Shown here piece after piece: positions 1 to 10,851 of a stretch of 64,000 nt of DNA. The notes beneath the pieces were generated by a model that saw only the letters and a list, made by a program, of their open reading frames with translations, was not told the DNA's origin and did no database searches. Made by a program: the position numbers and the translations under genes. Position 1 is the first letter of the stretch, and the number at the start of each line of letters is the position of its first letter. The DNA lies in the NCBI GenBank assembly GCA_041497195.1, contig JBGQGB010000002.1:172140-236139 (forward strand). The letters are read 5' to 3'. This DNA comes from Candidatus Doudnabacteria bacterium. GTDB lineage: Bacteria; Patescibacteriota; Doudnabacteria; UBA920; 2-01-FULL-46-14.

Positions 1-740
1 CGCAGATTTCCACTTTTATCAAATGCCCCCTGGAATACAAATATAAATTTATTCTAAACATCCCTACCCCAGGATCCCACGCCGCTTCATTTGGGAGCAC
101 GATCCACAACACTTTGAGCAAATTTATGGTCGAGTACCAGCAAAAGAGCCGGCAGACTGATTTATTCGGCACTGTCGGCAAAAACAGCCTGCCTGATTAT
201 GCGGTTTTGGAAAACCATTACAAAAACGCCTGGATAGATGATTGGTATCCGGACAAAGACATCAAAAAAGAGTATCGGGAAAAAGGCAAAAACATCCTAA
301 AAACTTTTTATGAAGACTGTCAAAAGAGCGCGCCCCGCCCGAAATTTATCGAGAAAAGATTTGAGCTCAAACTTGATGGGCGGATCTTTACCGGCGTGAT
401 CGACCGGGCAGACGAAACGGCAGACGGTTTGGTGATTATTGACTATAAGACTGGCTCCGCAGATATTCTGAGCCCGGTCAATAAAGAGCAGTTGCTCATT
501 TACCAGTGGGCAGCCAATGACGTGCTGAAAGAATCAGTCGCTGATTTGCAATATTGGTATTTGCAAGATAGACTGGAAAAGCAGAGTTTTTTGGGAGAGC
601 CTCCTGATCTGGAAAAATTGAAACAGAAAATCGGCGAGACGATTTCAGAAATAATCCTTGCAGTAAAAAGCGACGATTTTTATGACAGGGACCTTCATGG
701 GCGGTCACACGAGTGTAAATTTCGCCGACTAATCCAATGA
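1..740 (+). CDS. PD-(D/E)XK nuclease domain (RecB/AddB-like), 5'-truncated; probably the C-terminus of a UvrD/PcrA-nuclease fusion
   Basis: Frame is open from nt 3: QISTFIKCPLEYKY...FGSTIH...GVIDRAD...IIDYKTG...QLLIYQWA. The C-terminal Fe-S cysteine cluster is largely lost (HECKFR). Confidence 0.8.
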   Translation, partial: QISTFIKCPLEYKYKFILNIPTPGSHAASFGSTIHNTLSKFMVEYQQKSRQTDLFGTVGKNSLPDYAVLENHYKNAWIDDWYPDKDIKKEYREKGKNILKTFYEDCQKSAPRPKFIEKRFELKLDGRIFTGVIDRADETADGLVIIDYKTGSADILSPVNKEQLLIYQWAANDVLKESVADLQYWYLQDRLEKQSFLGEPPDLEKLKQKIGETISEIILAVKSDDFYDRDLHGRSHECKFRRLIQ

Positions 741-1633
741 CAAACATTATTGATCCAAAAAGGCAGAAGTTTTTAGTGGTGCTAGTATCGGCGCTGGTCA
801 GCTTTTTTGGGTTTGAGGCCGATGCTTCTGCTGTCGGCCTTTTCCAAATCCCGGAATTTTTTGCGATTGGGTCTGCCGTTTACGTCTTTTTCGTCGTCTG
901 GCAGATGTTCATCTTTGATCTGCACCTCAAGCCGGCAAGTTCATGGCGAAAACTGGAGCGCACTGTCGTCACTAGTATGGAAGGCCGGTTTGACTACTTG
1001 AGGGAAGGCAAACACTGGCTGCATTTTCAAAACTACCTGATCCTGCCGGGAATCATTTATTGGTCAACCTTAGTTCTGCTGTATCTAAATCCTTTTGACC
1101 AGCTTCGAAAGCAAGTCTGGATAGTCTTGTCCACCCTCGCGTTGGCCGCCGCCGCCTGGTATCTCAAAACCGTTTTTTATGCGCATCATGAAACCAGCCG
1201 CCATATCAGGCAGGTGATATTTCTGGCCAAAGTATATGCGTCTTTTCTTGTTTTTTCAGCCAGCCTTGGCGTGATCCGTTTTTTTGATTATGGGCCGGCT
1301 CTGTTTGGTCTGGTGGTTTTTTTGATGAGTTTCTTGCTGATGTACCAGGCGCTTTTCCAGCATCATTATGTCGGATTTAAAATGCTGAAATTCCTGTTTA
1401 TTGCAGGAATCCTGTTGGGCGCAGTTGGCTACATGCTTTACGCTCTTTGGAATGTCAACTTTTACGGTGCCGCTTTGGTCCTGACAGCCCTCTACAACGC
1501 GACCTGGGGCATGGTGCACCACGAGTATATAGACAAAAATTTGACACGCGAGATAGTTTACGAATATTTGGCAGTTCTTTTCGTCGTTTTGGTGATCATC
1601 TTCAGCACCACCAATTTTTCCCAGAGGATTTAG
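737..1633 (+). CDS. Polytopic membrane protein, unknown function
   Basis: 298 aa with about 9-10 hydrophobic segments; ATGA overlap with the upstream gene. Confidence 0.75.
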   Translation: MTNIIDPKRQKFLVVLVSALVSFFGFEADASAVGLFQIPEFFAIGSAVYVFFVVWQMFIFDLHLKPASSWRKLERTVVTSMEGRFDYLREGKHWLHFQNYLILPGIIYWSTLVLLYLNPFDQLRKQVWIVLSTLALAAAAWYLKTVFYAHHETSRHIRQVIFLAKVYASFLVFSASLGVIRFFDYGPALFGLVVFLMSFLLMYQALFQHHYVGFKMLKFLFIAGILLGAVGYMLYALWNVNFYGAALVLTALYNATWGMVHHEYIDKNLTREIVYEYLAVLFVVLVIIFSTTNFSQRI

Positions 1634-1637
1634 CTCA

Positions 1638-2684
1638 CTACCACCACCAAATCAGAATCGAAACCAAAACAATCAACATAAAACTCAGTAGATGATAGCT
1701 CGAGTAGCTCCGGTTGATGGCCAGTTCGTGCCTGTAGATGATGACTGAGTCAGCCACCAGTATGGACAAGAGAGCCAGGCCGAATAGAGTGAACAGAAAC
1801 CGGCTGAGATTGAAAGCAGAAAGAAGATTCGAGAGCGGGTTTCGCGTTTGCGGCAATGCTGATACCGGTTGTGCTCCACTGACATTTTCGGGGCTGCGCG
1901 GTGCAGGTCCCGGATTTTGCAAAGTACCTGTCGTGCTGGTGGGAATTGTCGGGGTAGTGCTCGTGCTTGGGTTTTGCGGGGTCGGCTCCGGAGCAGGAGG
2001 TGTTGGGATAGGAGTAGGCTGGGGAGTTGGGACTGGAGTCGGTTGAGGCGTGGGGGTTGGCGTCGGTGGGGGAGACGGTTTTGGTGCAGGTGCTGGCTGC
2101 GGGGGCGATTGTGGCTTTGGAGTGGCTGGGGCAGGGGGTGCTGAGGCAAGTGCGCCGAACAAGCTTGTGGTCACGTCAGTGTAGCGATTTTGATAATTGC
2201 CGTAAACTGCGTTGAGTCCCTGATCCACAAAGTCCGGATGCAAGAGGTTGGCGCGGTGGGTCGGGCTGTTGAGCCAAGCCTGAATCATCCCTTCGGCAGT
2301 CGAAAAATCAATAGCCAAATTTTCCCCAAGAATTTTATAAGGGGTGTAGCCGGCCGCAATGATTTTTGGCCAGACATAGTTGCCGTCCGGATCAATGTGC
2401 GCGAAATAGCCCCGAGCGAGCATGTCTTGGGATTTTTCCGAAGCCGCAGTCAGCAGAGCCTGGTTCGTAAAAAGAGAACTAAGGTTTCTGTTGGTTCGTT
2501 CTTGATTGATGAGGGCCATCAGAGTGGCTGATTCGATGGCCGAACCTTGGGTGGGCAGCGCTCCCAGAAAAAGTCGCAGCAAAAGAAGGATGATGCCGTA
2601 AATCAGAAAGGCTTTGTACGACAGCACCGGTGGCCGGAAATCGTTCTCCTCGGAAGCGATGAAAAAATTTGATATTTTTCCCAT
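1638..2684 (-). CDS. Membrane-anchored CAP (SCP-like) domain protein with Pro/Thr-rich linker
   Basis: LINQER...YFAH...GENLA...WLNSPTHRANLL motifs; PTPTPQPTP linker; N- and C-terminal TM segments. Confidence 0.85.
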   Translation of the reverse strand: MGKISNFFIASEENDFRPPVLSYKAFLIYGIILLLLRLFLGALPTQGSAIESATLMALINQERTNRNLSSLFTNQALLTAASEKSQDMLARGYFAHIDPDGNYVWPKIIAAGYTPYKILGENLAIDFSTAEGMIQAWLNSPTHRANLLHPDFVDQGLNAVYGNYQNRYTDVTTSLFGALASAPPAPATPKPQSPPQPAPAPKPSPPPTPTPTPQPTPVPTPQPTPIPTPPAPEPTPQNPSTSTTPTIPTSTTGTLQNPGPAPRSPENVSGAQPVSALPQTRNPLSNLLSAFNLSRFLFTLFGLALLSILVADSVIIYRHELAINRSYSSYHLLSFMLIVLVSILIWWW

Positions 2685-2776
2685 TTTTTGTTATAATCAC
2701 TCAAGAACTAGGTCGCCAAAATAAAACTTTTTAGAGGCTTTTTATTGAAACTCAATCTTTTACACTAAAGTATAGC

Positions 2777-3142
2777 ATGGCTCGCGTCTCCACGCATATT
2801 TGGCTGATGTTATTGCTGTTTTTGTTTACGACTGCCTTGGGTTTGTTTTTTTTGAACTCTATCAGCCCCGCCACTGCCAATTATTGGCAATTTGCCGTCC
2901 TTTATGTGGCTATTTTTCTCTGGGTGTTCGCTGCGATGACATTCCTGGGGTACGTCGTCCGGCTGGCTATCTGGAAGGAAGGCCTCCGCCTCGAGTTTTT
3001 GAGGTCTGCCCGTCGCCAGGGGGTCCTTTTGGGGTTTCTAGCTGTGCTCTTGGTGCTGCTGCAGGCGGCGAACATTTTGAATCTCTTGACCGGACTTTTG
3101 CTTTTAGCGGTTTTTTTGTTAATAGAGCTTTATGCCAAGTGA
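2777..3142 (+). CDS. Small 4-TM membrane protein
   Basis: 121 aa, hydrophobic, with an RRQGVLLG loop. Confidence 0.7.
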   Translation: MARVSTHIWLMLLLFLFTTALGLFFLNSISPATANYWQFAVLYVAIFLWVFAAMTFLGYVVRLAIWKEGLRLEFLRSARRQGVLLGFLAVLLVLLQAANILNLLTGLLLLAVFLLIELYAK

Positions 3143-3213
3143 AAATTTGTTAGAGGGCTTTAGACAGTGCACCGGCGGGTACACTAATAAGGGATTGCTT
3201 ACGCAATTTTGAT

Positions 3214-4284
3214 ATGGCAGAAAACGAAACCCCAAAATTAGATCAGCAGCCCGCTCCGGAGCCGGCAGAAATGGAAATTACGGTAATGCCGCACTTTGAC
3301 AAGCAAGACAACTTGCCCAGCATTGATTCGCGTACTGAGCAAAAGCCAAAAGCACCCGGCACAGTTGGCCACGGCAAGAAAATAGTTTTACGTTTTTTGG
3401 CGGTAGTTTTGGTGGCAGCATTCTTGGCCGGCGGTTATTTTGTTTTCAAAAAATATGGCGCCAGCTTCAAGAAAGCGGCGCCGCATATCAGTATCCCCAA
3501 TATCGTCGTCCCCCCGTCTGTTCCCACTGACACCAGCCTCGACAGTGACCACGACGGTTTGACTGATGTGGAAGAGCGCAAACTCGGAACTGACCCCCTG
3601 AATCCGGATACGGACAAGGATGGGCTCTCCGACGGAGACGAAGTGCACATTTACCATTCAGATCCGCTCTTGAGCGATTCGGACGGGGACGGTTTTCCGG
3701 ATGGCCAAGAAGTCGCCAATGGCTATAGCCCGATAGTCAATTCAAAGGAACCAGCGAGCGGAGACGAGCTGCAGACGTGGAGCGATCGAATCGCAGCTTA
3801 TGGGTTGCATGAGCCGACTGTGACGACCCTGAAACTTAAATCCAAAGCTTCCCACCAGGTCAAAGCTACGTATCACAACACCTCTTACGGCTATAGCATC
3901 GACGTGCCCGGAGCGTTGGCTTATCGCGAAGCAGATGAGCAAAGGACAGTGGGGTTGTACATCAATGGCAGCAGCACGGTAGACGCTGATCCAAGCACTG
4001 ACCCGATTGCCGCCACAATTGCGGTCAAAGTGAAAACTCAAACCCTCAAGGATTGGGTGGCGTCGCAATTTAGCAAAGATAGCTATGCGGCCCTCCAAAA
4101 TCTGACGGTAAACGGCAACAAAAGCATCCAGCTGACCGGGGTGAAATCTGACGTATGCGACCAGGAAAAAACATTTTTTTCCAAGAACAGCACGGTCGTC
4201 ATCTTGACCCTGACATGCACCGGCTCCCCGGACATGACTTCGCTCTATGACGGAGTGGTCAGTAGTTTCAAATTCAGTCCCTGA
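3214..4284 (+). CDS. Membrane-anchored surface protein with bacterial thrombospondin type-3-like Ca-binding repeats and a PsbP-like C-terminal domain
   Basis: One TM, then three DxDxDGLxDxxE repeats ([27 protein letters not shown]); C-terminus YGYSIDVP...VVSSFKF. Confidence 0.75.
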   Translation: MAENETPKLDQQPAPEPAEMEITVMPHFDKQDNLPSIDSRTEQKPKAPGTVGHGKKIVLRFLAVVLVAAFLAGGYFVFKKYGASFKKAAPHISIPNIVVPPSVPTDTSLDSDHDGLTDVEERKLGTDPLNPDTDKDGLSDGDEVHIYHSDPLLSDSDGDGFPDGQEVANGYSPIVNSKEPASGDELQTWSDRIAAYGLHEPTVTTLKLKSKASHQVKATYHNTSYGYSIDVPGALAYREADEQRTVGLYINGSSTVDADPSTDPIAATIAVKVKTQTLKDWVASQFSKDSYAALQNLTVNGNKSIQLTGVKSDVCDQEKTFFSKNSTVVILTLTCTGSPDMTSLYDGVVSSFKFSP

Positions 4285-4357
4285 AATATTCATATTTGAA
4301 GCCGGCAAAAGTATTCGTTAAATTTTTGGCAACACGCGGAGATAGGGATCAAACAAA

Positions 4358-5497
4358 GTGACTGAGATTCAAATTCATTCAGACAATGAGGTCAGGCTTC
4401 GTGAAAATTTAGAAGGCTTGCACGACGTCGACAGCGAGAGGCTAAAGCGGTATTTGGCGATGCCTGATTTGTCCCGCAAGCCAGGCAGTCCGATCGCGGA
4501 AATAGTTCAAAGGGTCCTCGCCTCCGAGACATTCAAAGGTTTTGACGTGATTCAGGTGCCGGAAATCGTGCCTGTTGATATTAGTTTTGATTTGTTCGAT
4601 TTTCCCTCCGACCATCCGGCCCGTTCCAAATCCGATACCTACTATGTGGATGACCAGCATATTTTGCGGACCCACACCACAGTCATGTGGTACTACTATC
4701 TCAAGGATCCTGGGGTGAAAAGGCGCATGGCAACGGGCGAGAGCGTGGGATGTTTTTCTTTCGGCAAGGTGTTCCGAAAAGACGAGCTCGACCGCAGCCA
4801 TATGAACGTCTTCCATCAGATCGATGCCTGGTACCTGACGCCAAAGAGCAAGAAAGTTCTGGGGGTCGAAGATTTGCAAAACGCCTTGGTCGGCTTCGCC
4901 CAGGCTGTGTTTGGCAAAGACGTCAAATATCGATTCAATCCCGATACTTTTCCCTACACCGATCCGTCGCTCGAAATGGAAGTGGACAAAAACGGGAGCT
5001 GGCTCGAGGTTTGCGGCGCCGGGGTGGTGAAGGGGAGTGTCTTGGATAAACTGGGCGTGGACTCTTCGAAATGGAACGGCTGGGCGTTCGGGCCAGGCAT
5101 TGAACGATTCGCCATGATCAGCATGGATTTGCCCGATATTCGCCTACTGTGGTCCGAAGACCCGCGCGTCTTGAGTCAGCTGAAGCTCGGGCAGAAATTT
5201 GCGGAGGTGAGCAAGTATCCCCCGATCACGCGCGACATCTCCTTTGTCGTGGACAAATCATTTGTGCCGAACAATTATTTTGACCTTATTCGCGACATTG
5301 GCGGCAATCTCGTCGAACAAGTCGCGCTTTTGGACAAATACACTGATGAAAAAAAGTTCGGCCCAGACAAGACGAGCTACACTTACCGGGTCATTTACCG
5401 CAGTCCCGAACGCACCCTCAAAACCGATGAAGTCGAGCCCCTGCAGAGCAAGCTTTATGAGCAAACGAAGCTTTTATTTGGCGCTGATTTGAGGTAA
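4358..5497 (+). CDS. pheS: Phenylalanine-tRNA ligase, single-chain mitochondrial-type (class II catalytic core plus ferredoxin-fold anticodon-binding domain)
   Basis: HPARSKSDTYY, LRTHTT, motif 2 GKVFRKDE...FHQ, FPYTDPS, motif 3 GWAFGPGIERFAM; C-terminal SKYPPITRDISF...YRSPERTL is a PheT B8-like FDX-ACB domain. Confidence 0.9.
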   Translation: MTEIQIHSDNEVRLRENLEGLHDVDSERLKRYLAMPDLSRKPGSPIAEIVQRVLASETFKGFDVIQVPEIVPVDISFDLFDFPSDHPARSKSDTYYVDDQHILRTHTTVMWYYYLKDPGVKRRMATGESVGCFSFGKVFRKDELDRSHMNVFHQIDAWYLTPKSKKVLGVEDLQNALVGFAQAVFGKDVKYRFNPDTFPYTDPSLEMEVDKNGSWLEVCGAGVVKGSVLDKLGVDSSKWNGWAFGPGIERFAMISMDLPDIRLLWSEDPRVLSQLKLGQKFAEVSKYPPITRDISFVVDKSFVPNNYFDLIRDIGGNLVEQVALLDKYTDEKKFGPDKTSYTYRVIYRSPERTLKTDEVEPLQSKLYEQTKLLFGADLR

Positions 5498-5502
5498 AAT
5501 AA

Positions 5503-7440
<1,938 letters not shown>

Positions 7441-7467
7441 ACTGTCCGATTCCGATCAGGCACCCAG

Positions 7468-7498
7468 ACCAAAATCGCCCTAGAGGCGTTTTTTTGGT
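7468..7498 (+). terminator. Intrinsic terminator after gyrB
   Basis: CGCC-CTAGA-GGCG stem followed by T7. Confidence 0.6.
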
Positions 7499-7509
7499 AT
7501 TATAAATGC

Positions 7510-8448
7510 ATGAATTTGAAAGAATTGTTTCAGGCAATTCAATTGGGTTATCAAAAAGCTGTGGGTGAAAATTTTACTAATCACCCGCTCGCTATTTTAA
7601 TGCGTGACGCCCCTAACGAAATAATTAAACCATTGTTAGATGACAATGATTTATTTATCAAAGGGTCGGCCGGGATGGGACAATGGACAGAATTGCCGTG
7701 GATAGGAGTTTTTAACAAGAATGAGACCGATGGCGCTAGGGATGGTGTGTACGTTGTTTATCTCTTTTCGGGAGATATGGAACGATTATATCTTTGTCTA
7801 GGACAGGGCATAACAGACCCCATGGAGCAATTCGGAAGAAAAGGAGGTTTGGCAAAGTTAAAAGCCCGAGCAGAACTTGCACGAGCGAATTATAATCTTC
7901 CTGGGTTTGCCACTGATAATAAATTACAACTTTCTGAATCTCAACGTGGGTCAGACTATGAACGAGCTGTAATTTTTTATAAGGAGTATGATCTAAAAAA
8001 CCTTCCCGAATACGAAATTTTAACAAAAGACCTCCTTGAATTGATAAAGCTATATAATGATTATTTGCTTACAGAGAACGTCGCAACAGTTGAAACAGAC
8101 TTTAGTGAGGTTGTGGGTGAGGTTGAGGAGGGAAAGAGATTATTGCGACAACACTACGTAAGGGAACGGAATCGCAGTATAATAAAAGCAGCAAAAGAAA
8201 AAGCTCTCAAAGAGAAGGGAGGCTTGAATTGCGAAGTTTGCGGTTTTTCCTTTCTGATACATTATGGGGAAAGGGGTCGAAATTTTATAGAAGGGCACCA
8301 TAAAAAACCTGTATCTGAATTACAGGCCGGGGAGAAAACAAGTGTTAATGACATTGTTTTAATTTGCTCAAATTGCCATAGCATTATTCATGCTAAGTGG
8401 CCATATTTACCTTTTGAGGAGCTGCAGAAAATTTACCGCTCATCTTAA
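7510..8448 (+). CDS. DUF3578 (McrB-N-like) domain plus HNH endonuclease; putative modification-dependent (type IV) restriction enzyme
   Basis: GSAGMGQWTELPWIGV...GVYVVYLF...LYLCLGQG; C-terminal CEVCGF...IEGHH...LICSNCHSIIH; visibly AT-richer than gyrB. Confidence 0.85.
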   Translation: MNLKELFQAIQLGYQKAVGENFTNHPLAILMRDAPNEIIKPLLDDNDLFIKGSAGMGQWTELPWIGVFNKNETDGARDGVYVVYLFSGDMERLYLCLGQGITDPMEQFGRKGGLAKLKARAELARANYNLPGFATDNKLQLSESQRGSDYERAVIFYKEYDLKNLPEYEILTKDLLELIKLYNDYLLTENVATVETDFSEVVGEVEEGKRLLRQHYVRERNRSIIKAAKEKALKEKGGLNCEVCGFSFLIHYGERGRNFIEGHHKKPVSELQAGEKTSVNDIVLICSNCHSIIHAKWPYLPFEELQKIYRSS

Positions 8449-8617
8449 GGATTTCAGTCCGAACATCGTTCCGCAAGGGACCCATTCAACGGTCGCCCCT
8501 GATGACCGGTTACGTCTATTTCCGAAATGTTGGAATTTGTTTACAGTGTTTCTTGCATAAGCTATATTGATATAAAAGGTCGAAAATAACTTAATATTTA
8601 AAGAAACAAATATTATT

Positions 8618-8879
8618 ATGCCATTTGGAACGTTTTTGGACTCTTTTCCGCCAGCGCTTTATATCGTTATTCACCTCATTCTGCTCAGCGTGGGCGTATG
8701 GGCCGTGATGAAAGCCAAAAGCAAGCAGCTCAAGTATGCTTCTGCTTTTTGGCTCTATGTCGTGGTGCACCTTGGTTTTTTTAGCGCATTTTGGAGGACT
8801 CTTTACTCTGAAAATGAGCGTTGTGGTTGAACAGGTATTGATATTAATCATGGTGCTTTGGATTAGTCTAAAGTCTTGA
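8618..8879 (+). pseudogene. Small membrane protein frameshifted in a T7 tract
   Basis: ORF stops at 8830. Removing one T from 8776-8782 gives the hydrophobic continuation GFLAHFGGLFTLKMSVVVEQVLILIMVLWISLKS* ending at 8879. Confidence 0.6.
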
Positions 8880-8971
8880 CCCAAAGGCTGTCCCGGGTCT
8901 AAACTCGATTTTTCGATGAATGAGTTACTTTGAGTGAATTTGCAAGTGCGCCTGGTCTCTTGTTGGTCCAA

Positions 8972-9015
8972 GCGACGTATGACTATGCCAGCATAGGCAG
9001 TCGCCCCGTTTTTTT
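8972..9015 (+). terminator. Bulged hairpin plus T-tract
   Basis: GCGAC..CTATGC-CA-GCATAG..GTCGC followed by T7. Confidence 0.5.
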
Positions 9016-9085
9016 ATTTTGCCGAATGATCGGTTTTTTGGTATTCTAAGTATACTTACGAAATCACAACAGACTAAATTATTGC

Positions 9086-9487
9086 ATGTTTGAAGCTCAT
9101 CAGCAGCCCTTGTTATCTAGACAAGCATTTCTCCGCCGCCTTAGTCGTTACGCCGCCGGCGCACTTTTGCTTGTGGTAGTTTCTTGGCTAATAGGCACTC
9201 TAGGCTATCGGCTGTTTGAGGGGATGGCATGGATTGACTCGATTCTGAACGCCGCGATGATTTTGGGTGGGATGGGCCCAGTCAGTCCACTTCACACTGA
9301 CGCAGGTAAGTTGTTTGCCTCTTTTTATGCGCTTTTTTCGGGTATTATTTTTCTAGTTTCTGTTGGAGTCCTCCTGGCTCCCATTCTTCACCGAGTGCTA
9401 CACCAGTTTCACCTAGAAGCCGACAAGAAAGAAACCAAAGCTAAATCGCAAGATAAAATTGAGCAAACTCGGGAAAATTTCAAATAA
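9086..9487 (+). CDS. Small 2-TM K+-channel-like membrane protein lacking the GYG filter
   Basis: TM, then EGMAWIDSILNAAMILGGMGP (pore-helix-like), then TDAGKLFASFYAL-TM; KcsA-like layout. Confidence 0.65.
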   Translation: MFEAHQQPLLSRQAFLRRLSRYAAGALLLVVVSWLIGTLGYRLFEGMAWIDSILNAAMILGGMGPVSPLHTDAGKLFASFYALFSGIIFLVSVGVLLAPILHRVLHQFHLEADKKETKAKSQDKIEQTRENFK

Positions 9488-9561
9488 ATTTAGATAAAAA
9501 ATGGTTGGCTTAGTAAAGAAATCGCATCCGAGGTCGGAGTCTCTGAAATGAGCATTTTTTC

Positions 9562-9590
9562 TTGACTTACGTTGGGCAATCGGATATTTT
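9562..9590 (+). promoter_or_regulatory. Sigma70-type promoter
   Basis: TTGACT-N17-TATTTT upstream of the AGGAGG-led ORF at 9616. Confidence 0.6.
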
Positions 9591-9615
9591 AAGGAGTCTT
9601 GCAGAAGGAGGAATC

Positions 9616-10029
9616 ATGACTGAAACGAGCAGTTCTGCGGCGAAGTATCTCGCTGATTTTCTGGTGAGCGAACTGAAAGGCAGTGCCAGTCTCCATGGCA
9701 GCCCTCTCAATAGTTCCAATTCCCAGATCATTCCTGACGGGGAGGAGGAGTTCGCGTTCGACATCGACAGGCCTCTCAAGATTGAAGAAGTTCAAGAGGC
9801 AGTTATACGGTTTTATCAACAACAAGGCCTGGTCGCTTCTTTGATCAACGACAGCCGCGGAGTTCTTTGTGTAGAAGACAATAATCGCGAAGTCGTGAAA
9901 TTTGCAGTCATCACCATGTTTCCGGGCTCCGGCCACATACTTTTTTCGGTCAAGCGACTATGGACTCCGGCAGTCCTCTGGAGGAAACTCGATGAACAAG
10001 CATCTGCAAGAACACGGCCCAAACATTGA
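9616..10029 (+). CDS. Hypothetical protein
   Basis: AAGGAGG 4-5 nt before ATG 9616; own promoter; no recognisable family. Confidence 0.6.
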   Translation: MTETSSSAAKYLADFLVSELKGSASLHGSPLNSSNSQIIPDGEEEFAFDIDRPLKIEEVQEAVIRFYQQQGLVASLINDSRGVLCVEDNNREVVKFAVITMFPGSGHILFSVKRLWTPAVLWRKLDEQASARTRPKH

Positions 10030-10034
10030 TCGAG

Positions 10035-10175
10035 ATGATGGACACAACCACTTCTTTCATCCCCCTTGGCCAGGCCTTTTTCATGGTCATAGGGCTCATC
10101 GCACTTAGCCTGTTGTTCTGGGGCCTGCACACCGGCCAAATCAAGCCCGAAAAATTGCCACTGCTACCGAGGTAA
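10035..10175 (+). CDS. 46-aa single-TM microprotein (below the ORF-track cutoff)
   Basis: MMDTTTSFIPLGQAFFMVIGLIALSLLFWGLHTGQIKPEKLPLLPR*; fills the gap between co-oriented genes. Confidence 0.5.
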   Translation: MMDTTTSFIPLGQAFFMVIGLIALSLLFWGLHTGQIKPEKLPLLPR

Positions 10176-10215
10176 CAGCAGTAAGAGATCAAATCAGAAG
10201 TCCGAAGGAGGCTGC

Positions 10216-10650
10216 ATGCAACAGAAAAGAATTATCTCGCAAAGCGCGTTTGACCACAGAGTTCGCGAAGCGGCTTATTACTTATCTGCTAGGTTGCAAG
10301 CTCGTGGAGAAGAACAGAGTGACAGCGTGACCGTGTGGTTGCGGGCCGAACGAGACGAGCAGACTTTCCTCAACAGGTATGACATCTGGGTAGTTCCCGA
10401 CGATGAATTCAAAGGCCTAGTCCGAGACCTGGCGCACTCTATTTGGGCAAACGAGAACCCGGAGCGTGAATTGCATGATAAATTGATTGCGCGCACACAG
10501 CTTTTGGAGACTCTCCAGCGCGAGCCGACTCTTGTGGAAGTAGACCGGCTAGCTTACGGGATTTTTTCAGCTCGCAGGCCTGGGGATGAGCAAAGTGACT
10601 GGGAAAGAGCCAGGTACAAGATTAGCGGGGGCCTGGATCGTCGAGCCTGA
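10216..10650 (+). CDS. Protein with three tandem DUF2934-like helical repeats
   Basis: RVREAAYYLS..WLRAERD / LVRDLAHSIW..DKLIAR / VDRLAYGIF..DWERAR; AAGGAGG SD. Confidence 0.7.
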   Translation: MQQKRIISQSAFDHRVREAAYYLSARLQARGEEQSDSVTVWLRAERDEQTFLNRYDIWVVPDDEFKGLVRDLAHSIWANENPERELHDKLIARTQLLETLQREPTLVEVDRLAYGIFSARRPGDEQSDWERARYKISGGLDRRA

Positions 10651-10707
10651 CCGTCTGGCACTGGAGTATGACAAGCCACAAAAATGATTTCTAGCTATCA
10701 AGTTCTT

Positions 10708-10759
10708 CCCGGGTTCCCTTCGTTCTTTCGGACGATTTGGGACCCGGGCTATTTTTTTT
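10708..10759 (+). terminator. Long bipartite hairpin terminator
   Basis: CCCGGGTTCC..TCGTTC-TTTC-GGACGA..GGGACCCGGG followed by T8. Confidence 0.7.
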
Positions 10760-10761
10760 GT

Positions 10762-10820
10762 AAAAAAGGAGAGCGTACGTAGATTGCTGTACCAAAAAGG
10801 TACATCTCAAGATACGCTCT
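10762..10820 (-). terminator. Long multi-stem hairpin terminator for the convergent minus-strand gene
   Basis: AGAGCGTA..AGAT..TGTACC-AAAAA-GGTACA..TACGCTCT preceded by an A-tract on the + strand. Confidence 0.55.
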
Positions 10821-10851
10821 TTCGTTCACGCCCGCCGTCTGGGACAGCCAG

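Noticed and set aside
1940-2145. Repetitive GGT/GGG-rich tract resembling a tandem repeat
   Set aside because: It encodes the Pro/Thr linker of the CAP protein; there is no fixed-period DNA repeat or CRISPR structure.
3535-3730. Periodic GAC-rich repeats
   Set aside because: These are protein-level TSP3-like Ca-binding repeats, not a DNA repeat array.
8550-8577. dif-like 28-mer TTCTTGCATAA-GCTATA-TTGATATAAAA
   Set aside because: The XerD arm matches TTATGTTAAAT at only about 6 of 11 positions; better explained as an AT-rich promoter region.
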